64,000 nucleotides of DNA, taken from positions 5,518,001 through 5,582,000 of the forward strand of contig JAYWIR010000004.1 in assembly GCA_036172245.1 (NCBI GenBank), in the 5' to 3' direction. The position numbers were made by a program, and so were the translations under genes. Source of the DNA: Raillietiella orientalis (Eukaryota). The first letter of the stretch is position 1, and the number at the start of each line of letters is the position of its first letter. This document shows, piece after piece, positions 34,750-47,560 of the stretch. Under the pieces are notes generated by a model. The model was not told the origin of the DNA and searched no databases. It saw nothing but the letters and a program-made list of their open reading frames with translations.

Positions 34750-36100
34750 GCGTTCTTGAATCGCATCGGTCAATGGCTGGGCTGCGATTGTGATTCAAAG
34801 GAACACTCTTTGAATGCCTCGCAGAAGCCAATCTTTCATGAAAGAATGGAATAGGAAAAGTGTCGGCACAAGGGGGAACTTGAAATCGGCTGGCAAGAGC
34901 CGAAGCATCGAATGCAAGACTTCATTCATCGTGAAGTGGATCGGCCAGCCACCGGTATGTGCAAAGCGACCGCGCAGAATTCTTGAAGTGTTCTTCGGTC
35001 GTTCCGGGTGGAAAATCAATCGAAATAAATGAATCGAAAACCACTGTTTCCTTCGCCTTCGGATTTTTCGGGTTCCCTTCTTCACGGGTCCATCACCAAC
35101 TATTCTGCCGTTCTTCCCAGATATGCAGACGAACGACAGAAGGGTGTTGGAAAAGAGTATGAGATCGAAAAGTTATGAGAAGTTGCCAGGAGGGAACATG
35201 CAACAAGAAGATTTGCTTCCGAATCCGAATTGCTGCCACAGCTAGCGGTCCATATGAGTTCCATGAACTATTATGACGGCAGCCTCCTCGGCCACAAAGC
35301 CTTTGAGGAAGGTTGCGTTGACCGGGTCTCTTTCGCATCATCAGAGCTTCCCTGAACTTCAAGATGTCCGGCAAAAAGCATCTTTGGAACGACCGTGATT
35401 CTTTCTATTCGTCTTTGCTTCCAGTAGAACAGACTGGGCTTTTGGATGAATTTCGAATAGGGATGAAACGATCGTAGTGATCAAGTACTCGAACAACGAA
35501 GGAAAAGGGCTGGCAAGTTGCAGCGGACGCTTCTGGTGGAGACAAAACAGGTGGTAGGAGCAACTCGAATCGTGCTGCTTGCGATTTTTAGCTCCGACAT
35601 TCCAAAGTTGTAGAAGAGGGATGGATCAGAAAATACGAGATGAACGGACGGACTACCAAGCGTTTTCGCACAAGTGAAATCTAAGCATTCCGTTCATGAT
35701 GCGCCTAATGAATCAGAGTCAAACAGTTGCTTGGTGATCAATGAGAGAAAGTTGAAGATAATTTCTGGATCAGTTTTCAGAGCACGACAATCACCATCAT
35801 CAAACACACACATACGAACATTAGAATTTCTCTATGACGAGTTCTCAGTGCATCCGCGGCCCCAAGCAAGCAGCATCCCTTTACCAGATCTGCTCTGTTC
35901 TTTAAGTTTATTCCTGGAAATGCGTTCAACAGTAAGTCGCCGACAAACTCTTTCTGGAAGTCAGCCTCGTTTGAGCATGACGTCGTCATGGTTAGCTCCT
36001 GTAGACCGGTTTCAGATTTCCATCGTCGCTTCCAAGTTGAGACCTAGGAGTACCACCTCCCTTTGTTCGCAGAGTCCACTTGAAGAGATGAAGAGCGCAT
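34750..36100 (-). mobile_element. Decayed BEL/Pao RT-RNase H relic
   Basis: GRWYS / GNLKPVY (~36040), DLLLNAF..RADLVKG..RHREIL (35777-35989; LLRFR..ADI.K..RD..RFLW) and NSYGPLAVAAIRIRKQIF (~35250; .DPLG...P...K...Q). Confidence 0.55.
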
Positions 36101-37231
36101 CAGCCAATTACATATGGAACAAGCATCTCGTATGATGATTTTCAAATGTTTCCTGTCTTTTCCTCTTCTGTCTGCCTTTTTCGACAGACAGAAGAGACCT
36201 CGAGAGTAGTAAATGCACGTTTACGATTCATCAGCTCTTTAACAAAGCCTCTAAGATAACAGAAGAGAGTGTAAAGAGAGTGTTTCGTAAAAATGGGAGA
36301 GAAAGTTTAATGAACAGCGTCCTGCAAAAACCACTTTTACTGAGTTAACCCTTTAATGGTGCTGAGGACAAGGAATCGTTCCAGCTGAAAACGAGAATGC
36401 ACGGCAACAATGGCAAGGAAGCGTTGGGCTCGCATCACTGGACCTGGTCGCCTCCTCTCGAATCGAGAAATCCTATGCCAAGATAAATTGGACACCAGCT
36501 TCCTTAAGCAAGGGCACATCCGCACATTCTGTTCCATCCATGTGCTTCTTATAACAAAGATGCAACGATGCTGAACCTCGCATCTCACTCTTCACGATGA
36601 GTGACCAACTCGCTCTGAGGAATGCAGCTGCGAAACAGCAACACAGCGCTTCTTTGCACACGAGCAGATGCTGGATTACTGCCGACCACCTCGCGTTCGG
36701 AACGGTTACTCGGTTGCTCCCTCTACGATGCGGACTCACGTTAGTTGCTTGAAAATTAGGTAACGGGATTCCCCACGGGCGCTTCCGCAGATGCAACTCT
36801 CCCAGGCGAACTCTTCGACCATAAGCCAGAGAGGTTTCTGCTGCAATGGCGCGCACAACCAGAGCATCCGCATCGACCAGCCCGCGCGCCCACCTTCCCA
36901 ACGGACGCATGCTAAGGTCTCTTCTCGCTCCGACCAATTTTTGAAGAAGAGAGACCAGAGAGATGTTTCGACCCCACGATGGTTCCTCCGCTCTCCGAAG
37001 ATACGTCCGAGAGCGCAGCCATTGAATTCTCCAAAGCGGCTCCCTTGCCCTCTGGCATTCCAAAATGCCCAATCACCTGGACTTTTGAGGGGACATTCGC
37101 GCCCCTCCACCGCCGAAGTCACCATTTGCATGCGACAGGATCTGCTGAGGGGTCGGAAATGAAGCGCCTGTTTTGGAACCGTTTCCATGTCACAACCCAA
37201 TTGCAGCAACCCCGGAAGAGCCAGCCTCCAG

Positions 37232-37990
37232 GACTACAGATTTATCCACGCAGTCCGACTAAACGTCCCACTAGTCAGGTCTGGGCCCAGGATGAAACCA
37301 GAGGAACGCAGCGCACGTCGGCGCTGCCGGACGGAAGACAAAACGTTGCCTCACATGTGAAACAGATGCAAGAGGCACTTTCATCTGTCCATTGCACGGC
37401 ATAACGCGGAGCAAGAGATGGTGAGCATGGACGCGGTGAACGAAGCAAAATGGACCCCTGTGTCAACCAGCCAGAGAGCGCCAGGAACGGATTCCCCCTT
37501 AAGACCAGACCTAGTGATGCAAAAAGGAAATCGGATAGCGGCCCTGGACGTCTGCTGACCCTTTGAGGGTGGAAGAGAGGCGTTCAGAGCAGCTGGGAGG
37601 AGAAAACAGGAAAAATGCAAAGCCTCCGGCTAAACAGAGAGGGGGAGCAATGCGGAGTTCATGCTCTCATCGTTGGCTCTCTGGGAGCCTGGGATCCAGG
37701 TAACGAAGAAGTGCTCCAGTATCTTGGAATTCCTAAGGAGTACTCAGAGAAGATGAGCCACTGGGCAGCGTCTTCGTGCATCCGGTGCTCCAGCGACATC
37801 TACGCAGCCTAACCCACACGAGGGACCGATACCCCCATACAGCCGTAAAACCCCAGCTGTCACTTCCCGCAAGACGGAAGACAAGTAGCCGAGGAAGCAA
37901 CAGGTTGAGGGGAGACCAGCGCCCTGGATGGACAGATGAAGAATTCCGGAAGAATATCAAGGGTTCCTCCCCCCCCCATAACGTGATGTG
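37232..37990 (+). mobile_element. 3' part of a NeSL/Utopia-type non-LTR retrotransposon (CCHC knuckle plus restriction-like endonuclease), pseudogenised
   Basis: DYRFIHAVRLN..RRCRTEDKTLPHM*NRC..ARHNA..PGTDSPLRPDLV..LDVC*PFE..RKQEK. After a frameshift: VHALIVGSLGAWDPGNEEVL..LGI..SSCIRCSSDIY* (stop at 37812). These are the RHN, PD..D and IVGSLG.W motifs of this clade. Confidence 0.88.
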
Positions 37991-38029
37991 AGATTATAAA
38001 TCTAAGCAAAACAATACAGGTGGGACATT

Positions 38030-39150
38030 GGGATCAAGCGGGAGATGATGATCCCTGCAGAATTATAGAAGCTCGTCCGTTCACCAGCAGCAACGGCTTG
38101 AAAGCATGGCCACATAATCACCGTGAGCTGGTGAGTGATGCTCAAGACACACGTAAGTCGGTATGTGCCCACGAGCCTTCTTCTGCCTTCAACAGGCCAC
38201 GTTTTCAAGCAGGACCATCCGAAGCGTTTCGCCCCCGTTGCCATCCCCGTCTGCGGTGGTGAATCCAGGATCTACGTCGTGCTTTTTGCAGATCAGAGAT
38301 GCGCGGAGGAGTTTCCCCTTTAACTCTTGGAGTCGCGAGTGAAGGCTAGTTGATGACTGGATGATGGATTCTGCTTCCATCCCTACTGTTCCGTGTCCAT
38401 TCGCAGCTGCAGGGCATTCTCATACTGCATGAGTCTGCGAACGTGGTCAGTGTGGACCAGTACTTTAGTGAGGGTCACCGCTTCAGTTCCCTGACAAGTG
38501 GCGATTCGCCACCACCACAGTCTTCGGGTGTCACCACTCGAGCCAATCCAGATGGCAGCCCAGAAACTCCTGTCGCGTTGTCGATGGCTCGGCATTGTTT
38601 GCACATGTGTTCTTCCGGTCTGACGGGAGAGGACCTACGTCTCCATGATTGTTGTATCCTTCCAGGATTCTTTCTGGATCCCACTGTGGGATTTCTTCGC
38701 GGGACAGTGGGTGATTCGGCATCCCAGCGACGTCTGCTTTCTCCTCTGGAGCACCCTGGAGTTCGGCACGTGTGGACTCTGAGCATCAGAAGGAGATCCG
38801 AGAGTCCCAGTGTTGTCGGCTTCGTGAGTGCCGCTTCCGGGTCGGGAGCCCGCTTTCCTTGATGAAGGTGCTGTCCTCCGCTCCTCTGGAATGTAGCTCG
38901 TCCCTCATGACATTCGGCAGGTCACGGTCAGCAGAGCAGTTTCAGAACCCGGTGGTCTCGAGCAGCTCCGGGTGGCTCCTGAGCCAACACTAAAGCAGTC
39001 TTGGCACGCGGGCAGCAGCACGGGTCCCCTCATCTCCCGCAACGAAGTTTCCAAGTTTCCTCCGCAACCGGAGGGATAGAGCACTTCTTGGCCTCGAACC
39101 TCCCCATGAGCCAACTTCCTTTTGAGTTCGATCAGCTCTTTGGCCCAGCC
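38030..39150 (-). mobile_element. Decayed reverse-transcriptase region of an RLE-class (NeSL-like) LINE
   Basis: Collinear remnants: EV..LYPSGCGG (APGPDG position), IQKES (QKGF), FWAAIWIG / CHLDW (AWLD), RVKGETPP (GV.QG.PLS) and AHTDL (AYADDL). Confidence 0.5.
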
Positions 39151-39899
39151 AGTGCAGAGACTTCGCCCGTGCCCTTTGCAGATGATCCGCCGGGCGGCAC
39201 AGCCAGCGACCGGGATTCGTCTCCGTTCCTCACCGCCTGGCTCCGCTTCGTCCTCCCCTCCCCCCTCTTGCCTTCACGAGGACAACTCTCCCTGAAGTCT
39301 AAAGAACGCTCCGCCCCGTGTTTGGAAACCTTTCCTGGGGGTTCCGCGACGATCGCTCTGGAGCAAATGCTGGTGTTCCGTTCTATGCGAGGTGCGGGGC
39401 CCATCCTCTGCTCTTGGCTCTCCCCCCTTCGCCTTACCTCCGGTTCCCGGAGTTTCGACGAAGGATTCGAAAGATTGGCTCTCTCTGCCATTTCCTTCCC
39501 GGAATCCCGAAACTCGAAGTGTCCGCGTCGGTTGCGCATTCCGAGCCGCCACCGGAGTATCCAGGGATCATCAGAGCCGTGAAGAGAACCCTGAATCTCC
39601 GTCCCACGCGTGGCGCGAGGTCCGCAGTGAGGAGGACACGGGACCTGGCCCGACTTCGTGGGTGGACTCTGCTACTGGTGTGGCGCGCGCCGTCTCTCCG
39701 AACCGACGGTCGGTGTTCCTCGTGCGCGCGCTTCCGTAAGTCATCCCTTTCCTCACCCTCCGTTTCCTTCTCGTTGCCCTCCTCCCCCTTCCGTTGTCCC
39801 CCATCGCTGCTTTGAGGAAAACGGGGAGGGGAGGGGGGATAGGCAAGTCGTTCTCTGGAAGCATCAGCGACGCCCCCTTTCCGAGGTCTCCTCCTTCTC

Positions 39900-40635
39900 A
39901 TCCGCGAAGAGCGAACGATCCACGTGCAGTGTGCTCGCTCCAGTGCACGGGGACGGCTCCGGGAAAGCGGACGTTGAGGACCCGCAGAAGCGGGAAGCGG
40001 AACGGACCAAGGAGCAAGAGAGGGAGGGAGGGAAAGGTAGCTTGGCCAGCAGAAGAGGCAGCTGCACGCCAGCAATAGGCTCGAAAGTAAGGGAATCCTT
40101 GTGGACCTCAGCAGTCTGGGATGCTCCTTGCCTCGCAGCTTCCCACTCCCTCGTTTCTCCCCACAGGGAAAGGCCGCTAACACTTCTGGGAGCGACCCGG
40201 AAGAGACTTCCTCCCCAGGGGCACTCCACGGACCTTCCTGGATCCCCGAATCCAGTTTTTCCCGCCGCCGCCGTCTGAACGTCGAAGTGCGACGGGGGTG
40301 GGGGAAGAGAACCCTGCCGGTAGAGGGGACAGTCCGCGAGGTTGCGTCGCTTCCCTCGAGGTCAGCCGCGTGGCTGTAATACATTGTATAGTGCGGACGA
40401 GCCCTTCTCGGAATGTCTCCGGTCGCGACACGACGTGGACGCGGCGGCTCTCCCGTGGAATGGAGGGGTGAAGGGAAATACGGCAGCCGGAAGCCATCTT
40501 CAGGTGCCACGAGAACATGGAGCGAATGCTCGATAGAGTCACAATCACGTGATGCGCGAAGGGCGCGAACGAAACCTAGGAAAGGCGCGTGTGCAAAAAG
40601 AATAAATAAATAAAAAACATAACATAACATAAGGT
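39900..40635 (+). mobile_element. 3' fragment of the L1/Tx1-like LINE family
   Basis: VSRVAVIHCIVRT..GRDTTWTRR..MERMLDRV* parallels VSLAVLCCVHRI..GRDAIHWARI..LARLLDRM at 9420-9600. Followed by AATAAATAAATAAA and (ACATA)3. Confidence 0.55.
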
Positions 40636-40937
40636 GGAACGAAGTATGCGTCCTTTGTTTTGTTTTGTTTTTTTTATGACCATGCAGGTGCTGACCGGCC
40701 ACCCCCTCCTCACGTTCCCCACTTTCACTTTCTTGCTGCCTTCCTTACGAGGATTTCGACCAAACATCCCTCCTCAGGGCAGTTCATTCTCCTCCACCCC
40801 GGGTGCTCGGGGGGGCATCCTGCTTTCCGGGTGAAATTCCGGACATCCAGACTCCCGCCCCCGCTTGCCTGAGAGGTTCGTTCACTCAGACAAGCGGGGA
40901 TGCTTCCAACTTTCCAAACACCAGCTGGAGCCTGGTA

Positions 40938-41281
40938 CAGTGCTACCTCGGTACTCGTGAATAATTCGTTCCGAAACTCGTGACGGATACCAAAACCGAC
41001 GAGTACCGAACGAATTTGTTCATATAACCATGGTTAACGCTTAAAATGCACAGAAAGCAAAAAAAAAAAAAGAGGAACGATTTGGAGTCACTCTACGGAA
41101 TTGTTCGGCGCTGTTCTCGAGCTACCATGAGGTGAAAGCGTTCACTCGCTGCATCGTGGGAGTGGGGTGGTTTCGAATTCCGTGCATGCGCCGAGTGTCG
41201 AGACATTTTTTCCGCGTCAAACTGAGACGAGTTCTGGGTTGGACGTGTTCGGACACCGTCGAGTATCGAGGTACCTCACTG
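40938..41281. mobile_element. pogo/Tigger-like (Tc1/mariner superfamily) MITE, 344 bp
   Basis: TA on both sides (40936-40937, 41282-41283). Imperfect TIRs CAGTGCTACCTCGGTACTCG and CGAGTATCGAGGTACCTCACTG. Related copy at 25827-25919. Confidence 0.85.
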
Positions 41282-41349
41282 TATTTGGAGTCGGGAGCGG
41301 AGCGAAAGATCGGCAGGCCGATTTTGTTTCTTTTTTCTTTTTCAAGGAA

Positions 41350-42000
41350 AATGGAGGAGACACAGCCCCGCTGGCCTTCATCGACATATCTGTCGAGCGA
41401 CTTCAGAAGGCACCGTCCAAATACCGCCTGCCTCTCACCAGCTCCTGAGAAGTGCCTTCGTAGCTCCTGGTCAGCCGCGTGCACTAGGCACTCAGGTAGC
41501 AAGCAGACGGCAGAGACCTCAAGCGCGCGGAGGACGAATTCCCGAGGACCCTCTGCAAAGTGCAGTCCAGAAAGGAGCTCTGCCTTGTGGGATGGGGCTA
41601 ACAGGGACTGGGTTTGGGTTCTTTCCTGTCTTCGCTGCCTTCCTTCCATCTTTCTTCTTTTTTTTTTTTTCGGGTTTTCCATTTTTTGGTTCGCTGAGTA
41701 CCTCAAGAACCGTCGTGCCCCTGTCGGCGGATCACGCAGCTCTTTGATGCTGTTCCACCCCACTCAGGATGCTTCCCGATTTTTCTCAGAAGGGAGCTCC
41801 CCGAAGGGAGTGGCTAGCTCCTCTGCACTCTGGAAAGGCATCATCAATCCACCAGCTCCACGGTACGAGGCGGAGGGACCATCCACGAGGGGGGAGGGAC
41901 GACTCCTTTGCATAACCGGAAGGGAGTTCTCACTCATTGATTCCTGGGAGACCCCGGAGAGTCGACTCCCATTGTCCCGGCCACTCATCGGGGACATCCG
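41350..42000 (+). mobile_element. Internal fragment of the L1/Tx1-like LINE family
   Basis: 41670-41755 (GGGTTTTC..GGTTCGCTGAGT..AAGAACC..AGCTCTTTGAnGCTGT) aligns with 28404-28490. Upstream GGDTAPLAFI resembles QGDPLSPLLF. Confidence 0.6.
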
Positions 42001-42039
42001 GTTTCAGACGTTACCGCTGCTGCACCCGAAACGAGGCCA

Positions 42040-42160
42040 ACCAGCGTCATCTTGCGGAAGGAACTCGAACCCACGACGCCATCTCTCGGAGCCGATCCTT
42101 CCCCTAGGCGGGATTCAAACCCACGACTCCTGACACCCGGTATGCAGGCCGCTCCTCGGA
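42040..42160 (-). mobile_element. Second copy of the probable tRNA-derived SINE
   Basis: Two tandem B-box-like motifs on minus (GGGTTTGAATCCC, GGGTTCGAGTTCC). Nucleotide similarity to 29551-29640. Confidence 0.5.
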
Positions 42161-42899
42161 AGAACGGCGCGCGTCCGGTTGAACTGTAGGCCATCTTCTT
42201 CTGCTCCGAGACGAAGACTGTTCTCGCGAGGCTGCTCATCTCCCTAAGAGTGCTTCTACACTGCCAGCAACCCTCCCGAAGACCACTGCATCCCCAGGGA
42301 TCCCCTCCTCTTCCCTGCTGCGCCCCCTCTCGACTCGCTCAGCCTGCTGCTGCTGCTGCTGATACCCCGACCAGAACGTGCGGATTTCTCTTCCCTACCT
42401 CGAACCAACGCACGGTGCAAAGTCGCTGGAACTGTTGCCGGCACTGGCCGGGGGGGCCAGGTCGGGACGGAGGCGGCGACAAGCATGGTAGTGGGGGAAG
42501 AGCTCTGCCTTGTGGAAGAAAAGCAGCAGGAATTCCCCGGGCCGAGTTTTTTGATTGAGTCCTTCCAGATCTATCCCTGACGGGATCTTCCCTACCGAAC
42601 CGCTCTCCGCTGCCCCGGGTCCCCCGCTGCACCTGTGATGTCCTTCAGCGAGCGTCTCCGCTTCAAGTCAGGAGCTTTGCACCGAGTTGCCGAAACACGC
42701 ACGTGTCGGAAACGACCTGGGATGTTTCTTGCGGCGCACGCTCCCCTTTTCTTCATCTGTGACAGTCTGTGTCTTCGGATATGCGGGTCGTATCCCAGAA
42801 ACGGGCACAAAGAAGGATTCCAGAGGGAACCCCGTAAGATCGGAGTATGGCGATCTTACCGGCGAAACACAGGCACCAGTAGGTCGCGCGCAGAGCGGC

Positions 42900-43310
42900 G
42901 GCCCCTAGGTGCTGCGATCCGCGTTCCACGGTGATCCCCTGTGGCGCCGAGAGAACATTTCTGCACCCGACACCAGCGCCAAAGGCAGCGTGCCCACCGG
43001 GTGTGCCACATGCCCTACTGTTGCAGAATCGCCGCTGCGGGGAATCGAAGCTCCACGTGCGTGCGATCTGCTGTGCCAGAAGTGCATCGTGGGATGTCCA
43101 TGGGAATTTGCAGGGGGCATCCCAGGAACGGGTTGGTTTTTCAAAGGGACTGCGCAAGCGTAGCCCTCCCGATGTGGGTCGCCGCACCTGTCCCTCGAAC
43201 TTTCGCAAACCGAAGGCGCGCCTCGTTTCCTTCCGGCTCTGCTCATCTTCTTAGCAGCTCGCCGACACTCCCGGTCCGAGTAAGGTAGATGCGTGGAGGT
43301 TTCTGGACCC
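42900..43310 (-). mobile_element. Decayed NeSL-like knuckle/RLE fragment
   Basis: DRECRRA..LKNQPVPGMPP..ASIP parallels CRRC..NQ.VPG..RPD..DV.IPFE and the copy at 37232-37812. Confidence 0.45.
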
Positions 43311-43339
43311 AATGATTAAAAAGACGTACCGTGCCACGC

Positions 43340-43970
43340 GGTGCGCAGCGGTGGGTTCTTCGGAATGACAAGCGTAGGCCATCCTATTTCTACTGTGCGA
43401 AGCACCGCACCGCGAAAGCCATCAACTGATTTAGTGATTTGGAACCATTTCGAGATCCATTTCCCAGAATTCCCTTGTTTGCAATAAACACGAGGAAATG
43501 GATGCTGATCCTCACGAGCTTGTTTCCCTTCCTCGAGAATCCGATTTCAACAACGTTGCTTACAATCCACGCCATCATCTCTCCCCGTAGAGTAGTGTTC
43601 CAGAAAATAGAAACTGCAACGTTAGTTGCTAATCCATTTACCATCCATAATTACAACCCCAAACGGATCAGCCAAAGTGCAGAAGAAACCGAAGCCCTCC
43701 AAGAAAAATCGGCAGAAGGAAATAAGGCGCGCCAACGAGTGTGCTCCTCGGCTTTGCTCATCAACTCGATGACGCCCGTTTATTTATGGAAGATGAGGGC
43801 CTGGCAAGCAAGACAGATCCCCAATCCCTCTATTGCACAGCGCCTCGTGACGAGGGGATGCGAAAGCGTTCATCGTCGAAATTATTCCTAGGTGTCCTCG
43901 GGGGCACGACGTGCACGATGCCTGGGGTGAACGTAACGATCAAGTCGTTATTGCAGTACACCGCTGACAC
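43340..43970 (+). mobile_element. Decayed Tc1-family transposase relic
   Basis: WVLR..P..AKHRTAK (VWR..KHGGG), FTIHNYNPKRIS (FQHDNDPKHTS) and SALLINSMTPVYLWK (SPDLNPIE.LW), in the expected order. No TIR pair found. Confidence 0.45.
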
Positions 43971-44811
43971 GTACACTTTTGCGCGCAGTGCTCCGAGAGC
44001 ATCTTAGTTTCAAGTCCCGAAACGGGGGATTCTGCCCAGTGAATTGTGGATGAAAACTGCTTCTGTTTGTTTTTGCATGTGTTTCTCCGGGATTCCAATT
44101 AAATCACGTTTAAGCCAATGGCTTTGATCGAATCGCTGATCGGATTACTCATCTTCTAGGGAGCGAATAGGTCAATTCTATTTTTTTTCTTTCTTGTTGT
44201 AGAATAGCCCTTCCTCCAGAGCCCTCGCTCATCAATCCGGTCACGATTTCCTTTGTGCAGTCCTCTTCCCCCCCCCCCCTCCCCTTTTTTTTCTTTTTGT
44301 CTTTTCTCTGTTAAGAGCGCTACTTGAATTCTTCTAGCGCTTGTCGATACACACAAAAAAGGGGGAAGAATGGGTGATGGTGCTCCCTGTCATATTCACA
44401 AGTCTGGGATCAATCTCTTTTCCGACTGCGGTCTTCTTCTTTCGGTGAACAGTCTACTCCCCCTTCTTCCTTTCGGAACGTTCCTCTGCAACGATCGTTC
44501 CCCGGAAGCGTCTTCCTCAGGGAAAGGAAGAGTGTGATCTTTCCCATGAACCTACTCTGCCCCGATTCTCGTTCCCAGTTCGCTCTCTCGGGCACAGCTA
44601 GGGTAGATAGGATCTGTCTCTTCCTTCACGGGGAAAAGGTCAAATAGGGCGCGGTCACTCTCCGTAAAAGCGGAGCCGTACCGCCAGCGCAAGGTGCGGA
44701 AAACCAAACCACTTACGTGTCTTAAGATTATGGAACGGTAGGCAAGTCAAGTCTGTGGGCGTTTTCCTTCTGCTTAGAATCTGTGAGGCGTACCTGCACA
44801 AAGCATTGAGA

Positions 44812-44840
44812 TGTGTGTGTGTGTGTGCGCGTGTGTGTGT
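44812..44840. repeat. Interrupted (TG)n microsatellite
   Basis: tgtgtgtgtgtgtgtgcgcgtgtgtgtgt read directly. Confidence 0.9.
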
Positions 44841-46479
44841 TTTTCGTTTTCCTTTCTCTGTTTCCGTATGTGATTTATTTTTCACGTTCTTACTCCATGC
44901 AAATTAAATGTCCCATGTGCTCCGTTCCCCTTTCACGCTGCTTCCCCTTTTGCTTTGTTTTGTTGAAAATGCTGCCCGGCGCGAAGGAGCGAGGTGCAAT
45001 CGTTTCTTCCTGCGTTTCACTTGTACTGTGTGCCCTGCTCTTCATCTTCCTCGTTCACAGCTCCTCCATATCTTTTCTGATGGTGAGTGAACCCCTCGCT
45101 TCTTCCTCTCACGAAGTTGCGAGCCAAAGGTTCTCCTTTGCCGAAGCGATGAATCCCTGCGTGTTCCCGGAGCACCTGGCAAGACTCTTTTTTATCAAGA
45201 AGCATCCGTTTCCCTTCGACCATTGGCCATCTTCAAATCGGATTGGATTTTGGCATCGAAAAGAACCCGCAAGAACACTTGTGTTTACGTGATCCCGGAA
45301 AACAAGAGTGACATGCGACACGCTCGCCGGCAGTCATGAGTGCCAAGCATGCATGCGCATGAAATGCCGTACTCGTGAAGCATCTCTCGGCAAATACAAT
45401 GGTCGTAATACATATCTTTTTTTTTTCTTTTCATGTTTTCTTGTACACAGAGTCACCAAAATGCTAATCAATATAATAGACTGCACAAGAATGCTAGATA
45501 CTTCACGCTCAGTCCACTACACCTTCTTGTTTCATATGTTCTATTTACATAAATCTTCCTGTTTGCATCTACAGGAAGTGTGTATGCCTGCAGTGTATGG
45601 AAACATGTATACATGTAGTCAACAATAAACGTATAACGACAGGCACCATTTGATTTCTCATATCTAACTAACGTATCAGTGGAAAAAAAAGAAAAAGGTA
45701 CAATAGCAGTAGCCACCTAGTCACATTTCGGTATTGCCGGACACGCGACCCCGAATTGCGGTCTTCGTTTGTTTATCCTCGGAGTTTCCTTCAGCTGTTA
45801 TCGGTCAGTGATTATCGGCTTCCCTTAAGATACCACACCGTAGGGATTTATAACTGTAGATGAATTTCAATTTCTGAATGACGCTGTCCCCTCCTTATCA
45901 GTTTCCTTATTTTTGTTCCGGCCTTGATTTTTCTCAGGAGGATCCACTCAATTAGATCAAAGCTGGCCTGCCCCCGGACGCACGTCATCCGTTCTCGTGT
46001 GGTAGTTTCTCCCGATCCCACGCAGAAAGCCAGGCGCTTTCCTCGGCACTTCCAGAAGCAGATGACGACGATAAGCATCTGTTGAACAGTCAGCGAAACG
46101 AGTCGCAGCTCAGCACGATCCATCGTGCTTCATCTTGGCTCATCTCCCGTACTTCTCCTGTGGAGATGCGTTCCAGCGCTCCACATTCCGAAAGTGTCGC
46201 GCCTCCCGATGTCAAGAATTCGGACAGCTGCAGTGACGCGACCCTTCACGGAAAATTTGGTGACTCGTTCACCTAGTCATCTGCGCACTGATGAGCATGG
46301 AAAACGAAGTGCACAGGAGGCAGGATGGACACAGTGCTCGCTGATGCACGGACAAGCGAGCGCTTGTGTGCAAGCGGAATTCCAAGTGCATTTTGGCGAA
46401 CTTGCGGTAGCTCTTCAGCTCCTGCTTCCTTCTAGGTGAGGGTTTTCGCAAGGGGCTTCCCAGCTTTTGCCCACTTCTG

Positions 46480-47560
46480 TCTTGCAATCAACTGATCTCA
46501 GCGAATCCCTTGGAGACGGGTTGCTTGGTGGCAACGAACAGTCCATCCCAAAATAAGAAATGGCAGCTGACGCATTTTGGGATAGACGCGCTTGAAAAAC
46601 GAAAGTCGAATTTTTTTTTTTCTCTCCACTGATTGGAAGCGTCAGATAGCTGTGCTTCCAAATTTTTTCTTTTTCTTTTTTTTCTAGCCAGTGTTGATTC
46701 CATTTTCCTTTCTACAGACCCGTTGTTCTGGTGCGGTTGTCTTGGTGACGTGGCGGAAAGTTGGGAAACCTGAGGAATGCCAAGGTGTTTCCAGACGGTT
46801 CAGTCCGTTTCACAGCATTTTCCTTAGACATCGCGTGGCATCCTTGCAGCATATGGGACATCCTCAATACCTCCCCAAGTTTGCAGATTAGGGAGCCAAG
46901 ACATCGGTTCCTTCGAGGGTTTCTCTTTTCCACTAGCCCTATTTGTTCATTCGCCTTCGCAGCCCTTCTGATACCTGAACATTCTCATTTCACATGTGCT
47001 CAAAGGAACCACCATCTCGTGAGCAGGATCTCTGGCACTGATTCAGACAGATGTCTTCCGCGAACGTCGAAGACCTCGCCTTTTTTCGCCCTTCCGCCTC
47101 CGACTCACGGTCAGCGGCCAAGAACAAACTGAATCTGAGCAGCTGGCGAGGGAACTCAAAGCCAAGTTTGCTGCAGACATGGCAGCATAGAATATCTCCA
47201 CCCGCTGCTAGAGGAAACCCAGCTGCAGAGCGAGTGCATCTGCCCGTTTCCTGAAAAATTGGAACGTTCCGGGTGTCATCGATGGTTCCGAAGGGACGAC
47301 ACTTCTTGATGATTTTTCCCTGCATCTACGAGAAGAATGTGAAAAGGACTTGAGAATGAGAATGTGAGGAGTACGGAGGGAATTTTTCCTCCCAGGGATG
47401 ATATCATATCTTCCAAAGTGACCAAGCTGGTGTTTGCATCTTTCCCTCAGGGAGGGAAAGGTAGGGGAGATGGCGATCGGTTTCATGCCATAAGACCAAG
47501 AACAGTCAGACCGAATGGTGAACGCTCCCTCAGTACTAACCACGCAACCATGTGAAGGAA
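46480..47560 (-). mobile_element. Decayed BEL/Pao integrase relic
   Basis: SRRCREK (C..CRR), ILCCHVCSKLGFEFPRQLLRFSLFLAADRE..EG (LF.C..RA.HLE....L....FL.A.RRF..RG) and RNPRRNRCLGSLICKL (NP...PW.GG.WERL), in order. Confidence 0.5.
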
